Under the pieces are notes generated by a model. It was not told the DNA's origin. It worked only from the letters and a program-made list of their open reading frames with translations, and made no database searches. A program made the translations under genes and the position numbers. Below are positions 39,589-48,731 of a stretch of DNA of 64,000 bases, in pieces. Origin of the DNA: Gammaproteobacteria bacterium. Its GTDB lineage: Bacteria > Pseudomonadota > Gammaproteobacteria > GCA-001735895. The DNA lies in contig JBNLGQ010000029.1 of NCBI GenBank assembly GCA_050306135.1, forward strand, positions 128,585 to 192,584. Direction: 5' to 3'. How positions within the stretch are numbered: position 1 is the first letter of the stretch; every line of letters starts with the position of its first letter.

Positions 39589-40218
39589 ATGAGTGATGAC
39601 CGACTAACTCCTGAAAGAAAGAAAATTGATGAAGGGGGAGTAAAACTTACCGACGAGGCTTTCATAGCAGAGTTACGTAAAAAAATGCTCAAATTTGCAA
39701 TGCTTCAGTTATCTGATCCACATCTGGCTGAAGATGCTGTTCAGGAAGCTCTGATTGCTGCGTTAAAGAATGCAGATTCTTTTCATCGCCGATCTGCTCT
39801 AAAGACATGGGTGTTTGCTATATTGAAAAATAAGATTGCTGATGTTTTAAGACAGAAAACACGCCGATCAGAAGTGAGTCAGCTGTCTACAGATGTTGAA
39901 GGTGATGACAGTCTGGATAAGCTTTTTAATGCCAGAGGTTTCTGGCAGGCAGATGAGAAGCCTGTAACCTGGTCTGAACCGATGGAGTCTGTACAAAACG
40001 GTCACTTCTGGCTGGTATTCGAAGCCTGTCTTGAGCATTTGCCAGAAAGCCAGGCTCGGCTGTTTATGATGAGGGAATTTATTCAGTTGGACACGGCTGA
40101 GATATGCGAAACCCTGAAAATATCTACCAGTAACCTGCATGTCATGTTGTATCGCTCCAGATTACGCTTAAGAGAATGCCTGGAGAATAACTGGTTCAAA
40201 GATGGAGAAAAGTCATGA
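39589..40218 (+). CDS. ECF sigma-70 factor (TIGR02943-like)
   Basis: AEDAVQEA, LKTWVFAILKNKI and NLHVMLYRSRLRLRECLE motifs. Confidence 0.92.
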   Translation: MSDDRLTPERKKIDEGGVKLTDEAFIAELRKKMLKFAMLQLSDPHLAEDAVQEALIAALKNADSFHRRSALKTWVFAILKNKIADVLRQKTRRSEVSQLSTDVEGDDSLDKLFNARGFWQADEKPVTWSEPMESVQNGHFWLVFEACLEHLPESQARLFMMREFIQLDTAEICETLKISTSNLHVMLYRSRLRLRECLENNWFKDGEKS

Positions 40219-40427
40219 TGAATTGTAAAAAAGCCACCCGGTTATTGTCTGAAGCCCAGGAGCATGATTTATCACTTACCGACCGTGCAGCGCTGAAAAT
40301 TCACGTGATGATGTGCTCTGGCTGCACTAACTTTTCAAAACAGATAAATTTATTGCGCAGTTTTTCTCAAAGCTATACACAGGGTGAAGAAGCAACCTTT
40401 CCTTCTGAAAAACAGGAAAAGGATTAA
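40215..40427 (+). CDS. Zinc-finger (zf-HC2/ZAS) anti-sigma factor
   Basis: N-terminal Cys plus HVMMCSGC (HxxxCxxC); ATGA overlap with the sigma stop. Confidence 0.88.
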   Translation: MMNCKKATRLLSEAQEHDLSLTDRAALKIHVMMCSGCTNFSKQINLLRSFSQSYTQGEEATFPSEKQEKD

Positions 40428-40446
40428 AAAATAATTTTACGTCAGG

Positions 40447-40475
40447 TGTAAGAATTTCAGTAGTCGCTACGACTA
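40447..40475 (+). promoter_or_regulatory. Candidate ECF promoter TGTAAG-N17-CGACTA upstream of arsS
   Basis: Same hexamers as 39422-39449; ends 54 nt before ATG 40530. Confidence 0.7.
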
Positions 40476-40529
40476 TGGATTTAAGCTGCATCCATAAGGG
40501 TGCCTGTCTTTTTTATCTGGAATTTGAAC

Positions 40530-41483
40530 ATGCTTGATACCTTACCCTATCTGGAAACAACAGAGTTTCCGCTGATTACCAGACGCAGTCTGGAAACACT
40601 GCAGGTTAACCTTGGATACCGCTGTAATCAGACCTGCCTACATTGTCACGTGAATGCCGGGCCTCATAGAACAGAAATGATGGATCAACACACATTACAG
40701 CAGATTTTGCCTGTGTTGCTTAAACATAATATAGCAACGCTTGATCTAACTGGAGGGGCTCCTGAGATGCATGATGGATTTCGTGAACTGGTTAGCTCGG
40801 TCACAAATGCAGGTGTTCATGTGATTGATCGCTGTAACCTGACGATCCTGTTCGAACCCGGACAGGAGGGGTTAGCTGAATTCCTTGCTGACGAAGGCGT
40901 TGAAATTGTTGCTTCTTTGCCCTGTTACACATTGGAAAACGTAGATCAGCAGCGTGGCAAAGGTGTTTTTGATAAGAGTATCGCGGGTCTACAGAAGCTC
41001 AACGCTCTCGGTTATGGCAAACCGGGAAGCGGTTTAAAGCTCAATCTGGTGTACAACCCTCAGGGTGCTCAGCTACCGCCTGATCAACAGCAGCTGGAAT
41101 GCGACTATAAGCGCGAACTAAAGGACCATTTTGCAATTGAATTTAATGAACTGTTTGTACTTGCCAATATGCCTGTTAAACGATTTGGTTCCACCTTACT
41201 CTCTAAAAATGGCCTTGACGATTACATAGCATTATTAAAAGCGAATTTCTCCGAACAAAACCTGGAGCAGGTTATGTGCCGCTCTATGCTAAGCGTAGAT
41301 TGGCAGGGGTATCTGTATGACTGTGATTTTAATCAACAACTGGGTATGAATCTTGATGGTTCAAAAAAGCCTGAATTAAAAGATTTACTGAATACGAAGC
41401 TGGAAGGGAAAACCATTCGTGTTGCGGATCACTGCTTTGGTTGTACTGCGGGTCAGGGTAGTAGCTGTGGCGGTGCGCTCTAA
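40530..41483 (+). CDS. arsS: ArsS-family radical SAM protein (DUF3641 C-terminus)
   Basis: CNQTCLHC motif, LDLTGGAPE, SLPCY, YDCDFNQ and the C-terminal HCFGCTAGQGSSCGGAL; ATG 40530. Confidence 0.88.
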   Translation: MLDTLPYLETTEFPLITRRSLETLQVNLGYRCNQTCLHCHVNAGPHRTEMMDQHTLQQILPVLLKHNIATLDLTGGAPEMHDGFRELVSSVTNAGVHVIDRCNLTILFEPGQEGLAEFLADEGVEIVASLPCYTLENVDQQRGKGVFDKSIAGLQKLNALGYGKPGSGLKLNLVYNPQGAQLPPDQQQLECDYKRELKDHFAIEFNELFVLANMPVKRFGSTLLSKNGLDDYIALLKANFSEQNLEQVMCRSMLSVDWQGYLYDCDFNQQLGMNLDGSKKPELKDLLNTKLEGKTIRVADHCFGCTAGQGSSCGGAL

Positions 41484-42315
41484 AAACTGGCAGCAAAAGC
41501 TGCCTGTCAAGGTTATTGTGTTATTAGCGGCGCTGACTATACAGTCAGTAGCTGCGGATAATTTTGATCATTCGATATGGGATAAACTGTTAAAGCAACA
41601 TGTGGAAAAAAAGGGCCTTTCCACGGTCGTGGATTATCGAGGCATGTTGTCTGATCATGCCCAGCTGAAACAGTATCTAAAGTCTATATCAACACTACTT
41701 CAACAGGAATTCGAGGAAATGGATTCCTCCTCCCAGCTGGCTTTTTTGATCAATGCTTATAATGCTTGGACGATAGAACTGGTTCTAAGCAACTACCCTG
41801 AACTAAATTCCATTAAAGATCTAGGCAATTTTATAGTTTCCCCCTGGAGTAGAGACTTTATTCCTCTGTTCGGAGAAAAATACTCACTGAATGATATCGA
41901 ACACAGGTTTATTCGTGGATCTGGACGATATCAAGATCCACGCATACATTTTGCGATTAATTGTGCCAGTATCAGTTGTCCGGCATTACGAGCGGAAGCT
42001 TATTGGGGGGATTTTCTAGATACTCAGTTTGAACAGCAGACGCGACTTTTCCTGTCTAATCAGAATCACAATCGCATTCAAAGTGATGTGTTACAGCTGT
42101 CATCTATTTTTAAATGGTATCGCTCTGACTTTGAGAAGGAGTGGATGGGCTGCAACTCATTAAATGATTTTTTGCTGCGATATGCTGATGAGCTTAAGTT
42201 AACAGCAGCGCATATTAAGCGCTTAAAAGATAATAAACAGATTATTGAATTTCTTGACTATGACTGGGGGCTCAATTCAAAAGCTGCTAAATCATCTCAA
42301 ACGGCGAGAAAATAG
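41473..42315 (+). CDS. DUF547 domain secreted protein
   Basis: LAFLINAYNAWT, DPRIHFAINCASISCP and FLDYDWGLN motifs; GTG 41473 gives a signal peptide. Confidence 0.88.
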   Translation: MRSKNWQQKLPVKVIVLLAALTIQSVAADNFDHSIWDKLLKQHVEKKGLSTVVDYRGMLSDHAQLKQYLKSISTLLQQEFEEMDSSSQLAFLINAYNAWTIELVLSNYPELNSIKDLGNFIVSPWSRDFIPLFGEKYSLNDIEHRFIRGSGRYQDPRIHFAINCASISCPALRAEAYWGDFLDTQFEQQTRLFLSNQNHNRIQSDVLQLSSIFKWYRSDFEKEWMGCNSLNDFLLRYADELKLTAAHIKRLKDNKQIIEFLDYDWGLNSKAAKSSQTARK

Positions 42316-42329
42316 AGATAATAATTACT

Positions 42330-43379
42330 ATGAAACCTTTTTATTATATGCAGGTGATAGTAATCATGTTCTTTATGATTCAATCGTCTCTGGTTGAGGC
42401 TAGCGACGAAATAAAGGAGCCTGTTACTGTTTCTATCTATATTGATAATGATTTATTCACGGGTAGTAACAGAGATGAAAATTACACCGGTGGTTTCGCG
42501 TTAACCTATTCTGGGGCAAAGGCTGCTAATCATCCTTTTTCTATTGATAAGGCTTTAAGATGGGTAAATGATTTAACAGGAGTTTCATCTGTTGCTCGTA
42601 ATGGCGATCGAATCTGGCACTCCTGTGAAGCGGGCCTGGCCGCATTTACACCCATCGATCTAGATAGTCGGCAGCCAATTACCAATGACCGACCCTATGC
42701 TGGTCTAGTTTATTTATCCAATGCGCAACAAACAGTTAGCGCAGAAACTCGCAGCGCCTTGATTAGTACGCTGACCCTGGGTTTTCTGGGTCTTCATTTA
42801 ACAGCCGAAACTCAAAACTCTATCCATGAAATGATTGGCTCAAGTAAGGCTGAAGGCTGGGATAATCAAATATCAGAAGGCGGTGAGGCTACCTTTAAAT
42901 ATTCATTAACCTGGCAGAAATATCCCGATTTAAAAAATAATAATCTACAGGCGACTACATCCTTAGGGGTTAGTATCGGTTACCTGACCGAAGCCGTCGC
43001 CGGTGCTAGTTTTCGCTTCGGAAGAATACATACTCCATGGTGGAGTTTTAATGTGCATAATAGTAACTACGGTGAAAAATCGAACGTCACTCTGCCGACA
43101 TCAAATTTTAAAGATGAGTTTTATGGGGTAGTCGGTGCGAATATCAAACTACGTATTTTTAACGCGTTGTTACAAGGTCAATTTCGGGATAGCAAGGTGA
43201 CCTACTCATCCAGTGATCTGGAGCCTGTGGTACTTGAAGCCTGGATAGGTGTGGGAAGTGAGTTTAAATCAGGCCTGCGACTCAGTTATCTTTTGCGCTA
43301 CCAAACCAGCGAGTTTAAAACCGGTCTGTCTGATCGAGGGTTTAGCTATGGTGAGATTGTAGCCAGCTATAAGTTTTAA
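42330..43379 (+). CDS. LpxR/DUF2219-family outer-membrane beta-barrel protein
   Basis: Signal peptide; DNDLF...D.NYTGG, DRPYAG, GWDNQI motifs; terminal Phe. Confidence 0.8.
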   Translation: MKPFYYMQVIVIMFFMIQSSLVEASDEIKEPVTVSIYIDNDLFTGSNRDENYTGGFALTYSGAKAANHPFSIDKALRWVNDLTGVSSVARNGDRIWHSCEAGLAAFTPIDLDSRQPITNDRPYAGLVYLSNAQQTVSAETRSALISTLTLGFLGLHLTAETQNSIHEMIGSSKAEGWDNQISEGGEATFKYSLTWQKYPDLKNNNLQATTSLGVSIGYLTEAVAGASFRFGRIHTPWWSFNVHNSNYGEKSNVTLPTSNFKDEFYGVVGANIKLRIFNALLQGQFRDSKVTYSSSDLEPVVLEAWIGVGSEFKSGLRLSYLLRYQTSEFKTGLSDRGFSYGEIVASYKF

Positions 43380-43463
43380 TGACAACTGTGATGATCAGAA
43401 ATGCCCTGTAAAAAAACAATTATTTTTATGAATTATTTAAGCCTGTATGGAGTCCTATAGAAC

Positions 43464-44852
43464 ATGATTACTGAACTCGTTATCATTACCGTTACAATCG
43501 CACTCTTTTCAATAATCCTGGCACCTCGTGTTAAATCTGAAAAGTCCTTTTTTCATGGATATACATCAACTGGCGTTTCCCCCGGTCTGCTCACGCTGGT
43601 ATTTTCTCAGGTAACGACCTGGATATTTGCCCGTTCATTAATGAATGCCGCGATTCTGGGTTTCTATTATGGGGTTTGGGGCACCCTGGCTTATGCAGCT
43701 TATTATCTGTCCTTTATTACCGGGGCATCGATTATAGACAGCCTCCGCTTCCGTCACGGTTATAAAAATATCCAGAGCTTTCTGTTTGATCGTTTCGGCA
43801 GTATCGGCACTGGCTGTTATAACTTTGTGATCGGGTTAAGGCTGGTCAGCGAGGTGTTTGCCAATCTGCTGGTGATAGGTATTCTTTTTGGTGCGGCTGG
43901 TAGCAATCTATATACACTGAGTATCATCGGTTTTGCAGCTATTACACTGATCTATTCTATGACGGGAGGGCTACATGCCTCGCTGCGTACCGACGTCATG
44001 CAAATGATCATTTTTATCATCGTGTTACTGGCGTTACTGGTGATTGTCATGGCTGGTGATAGCTTTTCGTGGGATATACTGGGATTTAAGGTATTTAAAA
44101 TCAGTGACCCTGGCCCTGTTTTATTATTGGTGGCATTGTTACAGGTCTGGAGTTATCCGATGCATGACCCGGTAATGATGGATAGAGGTCTGCTGGTCGA
44201 TCGTAATACGACCCGACGCAGCTTTTATCATGCCGCATGGATTAGCATTAGTTGTATTCTGGGTTTTGGCTTATTGGGGATTTTTGCGGGAGCAAATGCA
44301 ATGGATGGTGAGTCGATGAATGCCGCTTTAAGTCGATTAACAGGAAGTGTAACTATGCTTTTATTCAGCACGACATTGGTTATATCAGCGATGTCTACAC
44401 TTGATAGTACACTTTCCAGTTCAGCAAAATTAATAGTTATAGATATGCAACTGCTGGGTTACAAGGTGAGTAATGGGCGCCTTGTGATGGCATTATTTAT
44501 GCTGCTGGGTTTATTTCTGGTATTTGTCGGCAATAAAGACCTGTTTAGTGCTGTTGCAGTAAGCGGTACTGCTTCTATGTATCTGGCTCCGGTTATCTTT
44601 TTCTCACTATGGGGTGGACGAAATGATATTCCTGTATGGAGTTATGCAGCCAGCTTTACACTGGCGGTGAGTGCTGCGGTGTTATATTTTCTTGAGTCAT
44701 CTGGCTATACTATGCTGCTGGGTGATGCGCATAAATATACCAAGTTACTATGGATTTCTTTGGCTGTGCTTATCGCTGGATGTGGTTTTTTCTGGGTGGG
44801 CGGTAAAACTTCTGCGCAGAGTCAGCATCTTACACAAAGTTCTGCAGTTTAA
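43464..44852 (+). CDS. Sodium:solute symporter family protein
   Basis: Many TMs; SQVTTWIFARSLMNAAILG, GGLHASLRTD and SAMSTLDS motifs. Confidence 0.85.
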   Translation: MITELVIITVTIALFSIILAPRVKSEKSFFHGYTSTGVSPGLLTLVFSQVTTWIFARSLMNAAILGFYYGVWGTLAYAAYYLSFITGASIIDSLRFRHGYKNIQSFLFDRFGSIGTGCYNFVIGLRLVSEVFANLLVIGILFGAAGSNLYTLSIIGFAAITLIYSMTGGLHASLRTDVMQMIIFIIVLLALLVIVMAGDSFSWDILGFKVFKISDPGPVLLLVALLQVWSYPMHDPVMMDRGLLVDRNTTRRSFYHAAWISISCILGFGLLGIFAGANAMDGESMNAALSRLTGSVTMLLFSTTLVISAMSTLDSTLSSSAKLIVIDMQLLGYKVSNGRLVMALFMLLGLFLVFVGNKDLFSAVAVSGTASMYLAPVIFFSLWGGRNDIPVWSYAASFTLAVSAAVLYFLESSGYTMLLGDAHKYTKLLWISLAVLIAGCGFFWVGGKTSAQSQHLTQSSAV

Positions 44853-44888
44853 ACCATACTATTTTTTTATACTTAGAGACTCAGCTTT

Positions 44889-46553
44889 ATGCCCTCGACG
44901 TTCCTTCTGGTTTCAGTGTTCATATTAGTCTTTATCGGCAGTGTGCAGCTGATATGGCCTCCTGTTCTATGGGCACTGGTTATCTGTCTCCCGATGATTA
45001 TTATTGGGTTTTATGACATGTTTCAGAGTGATCATGCCATCAGACGTAACTTCCCCCTGTTTGGACGTGGCCGATGGCTGATGGAGGGACTGCGTCCATA
45101 TATCAGACAATATTTACTTGAGTCAGATACCAATGGGACTCCGATCAACAGGATGTTTCGCAATATTATTTATCAGCGTGCAAAGGGTGCTCGGGAAACA
45201 GTGCCTTTTGGTACCCGAGTTGATACCTATCGTACGGGTTATGAATGGATGGGGCATTCCCTGTCAGCCATCGATGTGAATAGTTTTGATGCCGATATGC
45301 GTGTCACTATTGGTGGTCCAGACTGTCGCCAGCCATACTCCTCCAGTATATTGAATATTTCAGCCATGAGCTTTGGTGCTCTCAGTCAAAATGCCATACT
45401 GGCATTGAATCAGGGGGCTCAACTGGGCGGGTTTTCGCATAATACCGGCGAAGGTGGTATCAGCCCTCATCACCTCAAACACGGCGGAGATCTGGTGTGG
45501 CAAATAGGCACGGGCTATTTTGGTTGTCGTGATAAACAGGGGAATTTTTCAGCACAGGAATTCAGCCAGAAGGCCAATCTGGATGTGGTGCGCATGATAG
45601 AAATCAAACTATCGCAGGGTGCAAAGCCCGGGCATGGTGGCATTCTACCTGCGGATAAAAATACCGCAGAGATTGCTGCCATACGTGGCGTAGAGGTCGG
45701 AACTCAGGTGAATTCTCCTCATGTACACAGTGCTTTTGATTCCCCCCTTGGTCTGCTGAGATTTATCGATCAGTTACGCACTCTATCGAATGGGAAGCCG
45801 GTCGGTTTCAAGCTTTGTATCGGGCGTCAGAGTGAGTTTGTCGCTATCTGTAAAGCCATGCTGGAAACAAATATTTACCCTGACTTTATAACTGTTGATG
45901 GTGGTGAAGGTGGCACGGGTGCCGCCCCATTAGAGTATACCAACTCTGTCGGTATGCCGTTACGTGAAGCCGTTGCGTTTGTTGATGATTGCCTCACTGG
46001 TTTTGGTATACGTCAGCATATTCGCATTATAGCTTCAGGTAAGATTCTTTCCGGTTTTCATCTGGTTAAAACGCTGGCGCTGGGTGCTGATATCTGTAAC
46101 AGCGCCAGAGGCATGATGCTGGCTTTGGGCTGCGTGCATTCATTAACCTGTAACAGCAATGAATGCCCAACGGGGGTGGCTACACAAAACCCTAAATTAT
46201 TTCGTGGACTGGTAGTGAGTGATAAAAGTCAACGAGTGGCACAGTTTCATAAAAAGACCGTGCACGCTACGGCTGATATTATTTCTTCGGCAGGCCTACG
46301 TCACAGCAGCGAGCTGAATAGAACCCACATATTTCGACGTACCAGCCAGAACTGTATTCAGCGATATGATCAAATTTTTCCATATATTGGCTCGGGAAGT
46401 TTGTTGAGTGAAGATATACCTGAAGCCTACAGCTTGTATCTGGAAGAGGCTGATTCCAAAAGTTTCCAGCCCAAACAGAGTTTAACTTATATGAAAAATG
46501 AGAACAGCAAGATAGATGTTAACAGCGCTCCAGTGACGCCTGATTTATCTTAA
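44889..46553 (+). CDS. FMN-binding glutamate synthase family protein (stand-alone, N-terminal TMs)
   Basis: SAMSFGAL, HNTGEGG, EIKLSQGAKPGHGG, DGGEGGTGAAP and C-x5-C-x4-CPTGVATQ motifs. Confidence 0.9.
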   Translation: MPSTFLLVSVFILVFIGSVQLIWPPVLWALVICLPMIIIGFYDMFQSDHAIRRNFPLFGRGRWLMEGLRPYIRQYLLESDTNGTPINRMFRNIIYQRAKGARETVPFGTRVDTYRTGYEWMGHSLSAIDVNSFDADMRVTIGGPDCRQPYSSSILNISAMSFGALSQNAILALNQGAQLGGFSHNTGEGGISPHHLKHGGDLVWQIGTGYFGCRDKQGNFSAQEFSQKANLDVVRMIEIKLSQGAKPGHGGILPADKNTAEIAAIRGVEVGTQVNSPHVHSAFDSPLGLLRFIDQLRTLSNGKPVGFKLCIGRQSEFVAICKAMLETNIYPDFITVDGGEGGTGAAPLEYTNSVGMPLREAVAFVDDCLTGFGIRQHIRIIASGKILSGFHLVKTLALGADICNSARGMMLALGCVHSLTCNSNECPTGVATQNPKLFRGLVVSDKSQRVAQFHKKTVHATADIISSAGLRHSSELNRTHIFRRTSQNCIQRYDQIFPYIGSGSLLSEDIPEAYSLYLEEADSKSFQPKQSLTYMKNENSKIDVNSAPVTPDLS

Positions 46554-46559
46554 CAGCCC

Positions 46560-47282
46560 CTAACTCAAGTTGAAGGATAAAGGGATTTCAAACTGCCACT
46601 GCAGACGATTTATTTTTTCAGGAAAGGGGAGTTTCCCTGAAACGGCCTGTATCGCCTTGATGACGGCTTTATCCAGAATCTTATGCCCTGTGGAATCGAT
46701 AACGCGAATCTGTTTGACGGTGCCATCACTCAATACAAGAAAACTTACAATTGCCCTGCCTTCTATATTACGGCGTTGTGCGCGCCGAGGGTAATCCTTG
46801 CTGGCATCGATTAACTTGCTCAGGGTTAGTCGATACTCATCTTCCAGCCTGGTAATTAGTCCGGGATCATGCATCATCTTCTCGGGTTCTGCTTCCAATG
46901 CAGCTACCGGCTGTGGAGGCGGTGCTGCCTGCACAATCTCTGGTTGCGGCTCGACCTCTGGTTTCGGTGGTTCTATTTTTTTCTCTACTACAGGCTTTCT
47001 CATCGGCCTGGGTTTAGGCTTTACGATGGGTTTGGTTTTCTTTTTTACTACGGGTTTCGGCTTGACCGGTTTGGGAGGAGGAGTTACCGGTTTTGGTGGC
47101 TCAGGAATAATGGTCTTAACTGGTTCGGGAACTGTTTTGAACATCGCCAGTTTTAATGGGGTAGTTGTTTGTTTATTGCTGGCAGAAGTGAATTTTCCTG
47201 AAAAATAGGGGATAGCGACCGCTGCATGTATGAGTGCAGAAAAAAAGATGGCTATCAACTCGAAATGGAAATTTCTGGGCAT
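46560..47282 (-). CDS. tonB: TonB energy transducer
   Basis: N-terminal TM, Pro/Lys-rich linker, YPRRAQRRNIEG C-terminal domain. Confidence 0.9.
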   Translation of the reverse strand: MPRNFHFELIAIFFSALIHAAVAIPYFSGKFTSASNKQTTTPLKLAMFKTVPEPVKTIIPEPPKPVTPPPKPVKPKPVVKKKTKPIVKPKPRPMRKPVVEKKIEPPKPEVEPQPEIVQAAPPPQPVAALEAEPEKMMHDPGLITRLEDEYRLTLSKLIDASKDYPRRAQRRNIEGRAIVSFLVLSDGTVKQIRVIDSTGHKILDKAVIKAIQAVSGKLPFPEKINRLQWQFEIPLSFNLS

Positions 47283-47284
47283 TG

Positions 47285-47659
47285 TTATTGCTGTTTGGTA
47301 ATAATCGATAGCTTTTCGAGTTGATTGCCTTTGAGTAAATCAATCACCTGGATAAAGTATTCAAAAGCTACCTTTTTATCTACGCGCAATACGATAGGCG
47401 TATCGTTCGATAAATCCTTAAGCCGGTCGCCTAATTCCTGCTGGGTGATTTTCTCTTCGTCGTAATAAAACTGATTTTGATCATCAATCGCAATTTCTCG
47501 TGTCTGTTCAGCTTTTAGCGGTTGACTGCTACTGGCTTCGGGTATGTTGATATCGATCTTGCCCTGAGCGATGAAGGTTGCTGTCATCAATACGATAGCC
47601 AGCAATACCAGCATGATGTCGATAAATGGAATAACATTGATCTGATCAAAGCGTTTCAT
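47285..47659 (-). CDS. exbD: ExbD
   Basis: INVIPFIDIMLVLL motif; ATG 47659 overlaps the exbB stop. Confidence 0.92.
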   Translation of the reverse strand: MKRFDQINVIPFIDIMLVLLAIVLMTATFIAQGKIDINIPEASSSQPLKAEQTREIAIDDQNQFYYDEEKITQQELGDRLKDLSNDTPIVLRVDKKVAFEYFIQVIDLLKGNQLEKLSIITKQQ

Positions 47660-48084
47660 TGATCCTGTGCCTGTTTCCATTGTGAAGTCAGTACATCAAC
47701 CTTACGCAACAGCGTGTTGTAGAACAGTATGGAGGGAATGGCGACTACAAGCCCCGCTGCAGTCGCTTTAAGTGCCAGAGCCAGTCCAAGCATGATGGCA
47801 GAGGGGTCTATGTTTCCTCCGCCCTTGCCTATATCCCAGAAAGTAATCAATATGCCAAATACCGTTCCCAATAAGCCGATATAGGGTGCGTTGGAACCAA
47901 TGGTTGAAATAGCGGTGAGTCTATGGGTCAGGGAAACCTGAAGTTGCTCAGGATGGGTGTAAGCATCCACCTTGAAGCGGGCGTAAAAGATAAAGCGTTC
48001 AATGACGAACCAGATCATCAGAAAACTCATCAGACCGAGAATGCCGAAAACCATAAAATCCAGATATTGCTTTAAAAATTCCAT
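47656..48084 (-). CDS. exbB: ExbB (short form)
   Basis: TIGSNAPYIGLLGTVFGI and ALKATAAGLVVAIP motifs; 142 aa. Confidence 0.92.
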   Translation of the reverse strand: MEFLKQYLDFMVFGILGLMSFLMIWFVIERFIFYARFKVDAYTHPEQLQVSLTHRLTAISTIGSNAPYIGLLGTVFGILITFWDIGKGGGNIDPSAIMLGLALALKATAAGLVVAIPSILFYNTLLRKVDVLTSQWKQAQDQ

Positions 48085-48086
48085 AA

Positions 48087-48731
48087 TTAAAATGCCATAG
48101 CAATGCGATAACTACCGATAGCAACCAGTACACTGCTACCGAACCAGACCAATCCCTGTTTCAGCCAGGGGCTGCGACTACGTAGTTCCTGCCCCAACTT
48201 GCCGAGTAAAGGCAGGATAATAAAAAGCGGGGTAATCGCTGCACCAAGGCCAAATACAAATCCGTAGGACATTCCCAGGGTGAAGCTTCCGGCTGCAGCA
48301 CAGGCAGCTAACAGGGCGGCAAGTGGCGCACAGGGAATAAAGCTAAGAGAAAAACCCATCATGAAAGGATGCATATTGTGTCGCTTACTGATCGCGCAAC
48401 CACGGTGCTGCTTACCCATGTTGTAAATTAACCAGATACCTGCCACTACACTGCTGACTCCGATTAATACATTGCCAATACCGCTACGCAGGTAATGCAG
48501 CAGAAATTCACCAGTAATACCTGCGAATGCACCTAGTGTTGCATAGGCTGTCACTTTTCCAGCAGCAAATAATCCGGCATCAATCATGCTGCCTTTCATA
48601 CCCAGATTGCGGCTCATTACCCAGCTGCCCATAAAGGGCAGGCAGGATGCTGTGCAGGCGGTAAAGCCTACGGTGATGCCGAGAATCCACACCGAAAATA
48701 GTCCGACCTGTTGCAGTACGATATTGTCCAT
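48087..48731 (-). CDS. CcdA/DsbD_2 (TauE/UreH-like) membrane protein
   Basis: Six hydrophobic segments with the Cys motifs ACTASCLP and FIPCAPL. Confidence 0.7.
   Translation of the reverse strand: MDNIVLQQVGLFSVWILGITVGFTACTASCLPFMGSWVMSRNLGMKGSMIDAGLFAAGKVTAYATLGAFAGITGEFLLHYLRSGIGNVLIGVSSVVAGIWLIYNMGKQHRGCAISKRHNMHPFMMGFSLSFIPCAPLAALLAACAAAGSFTLGMSYGFVFGLGAAITPLFIILPLLGKLGQELRSRSPWLKQGLVWFGSSVLVAIGSYRIAMAF

Noticed and set aside
41419-41472. Longer start for the DUF547 gene
   Set aside because: Overlaps the conserved ArsS C-terminus; GTG 41473 is more plausible
41440-41483. Selenocysteine in the ArsS Cys-rich tail
   Set aside because: All positions are Cys codons and the gene ends in TAA; there is no in-frame TGA
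46798-47208. 136-aa Gly/Phe-rich plus-strand ORF
   Set aside because: Antisense reading of the Pro/Lys-rich TonB linker
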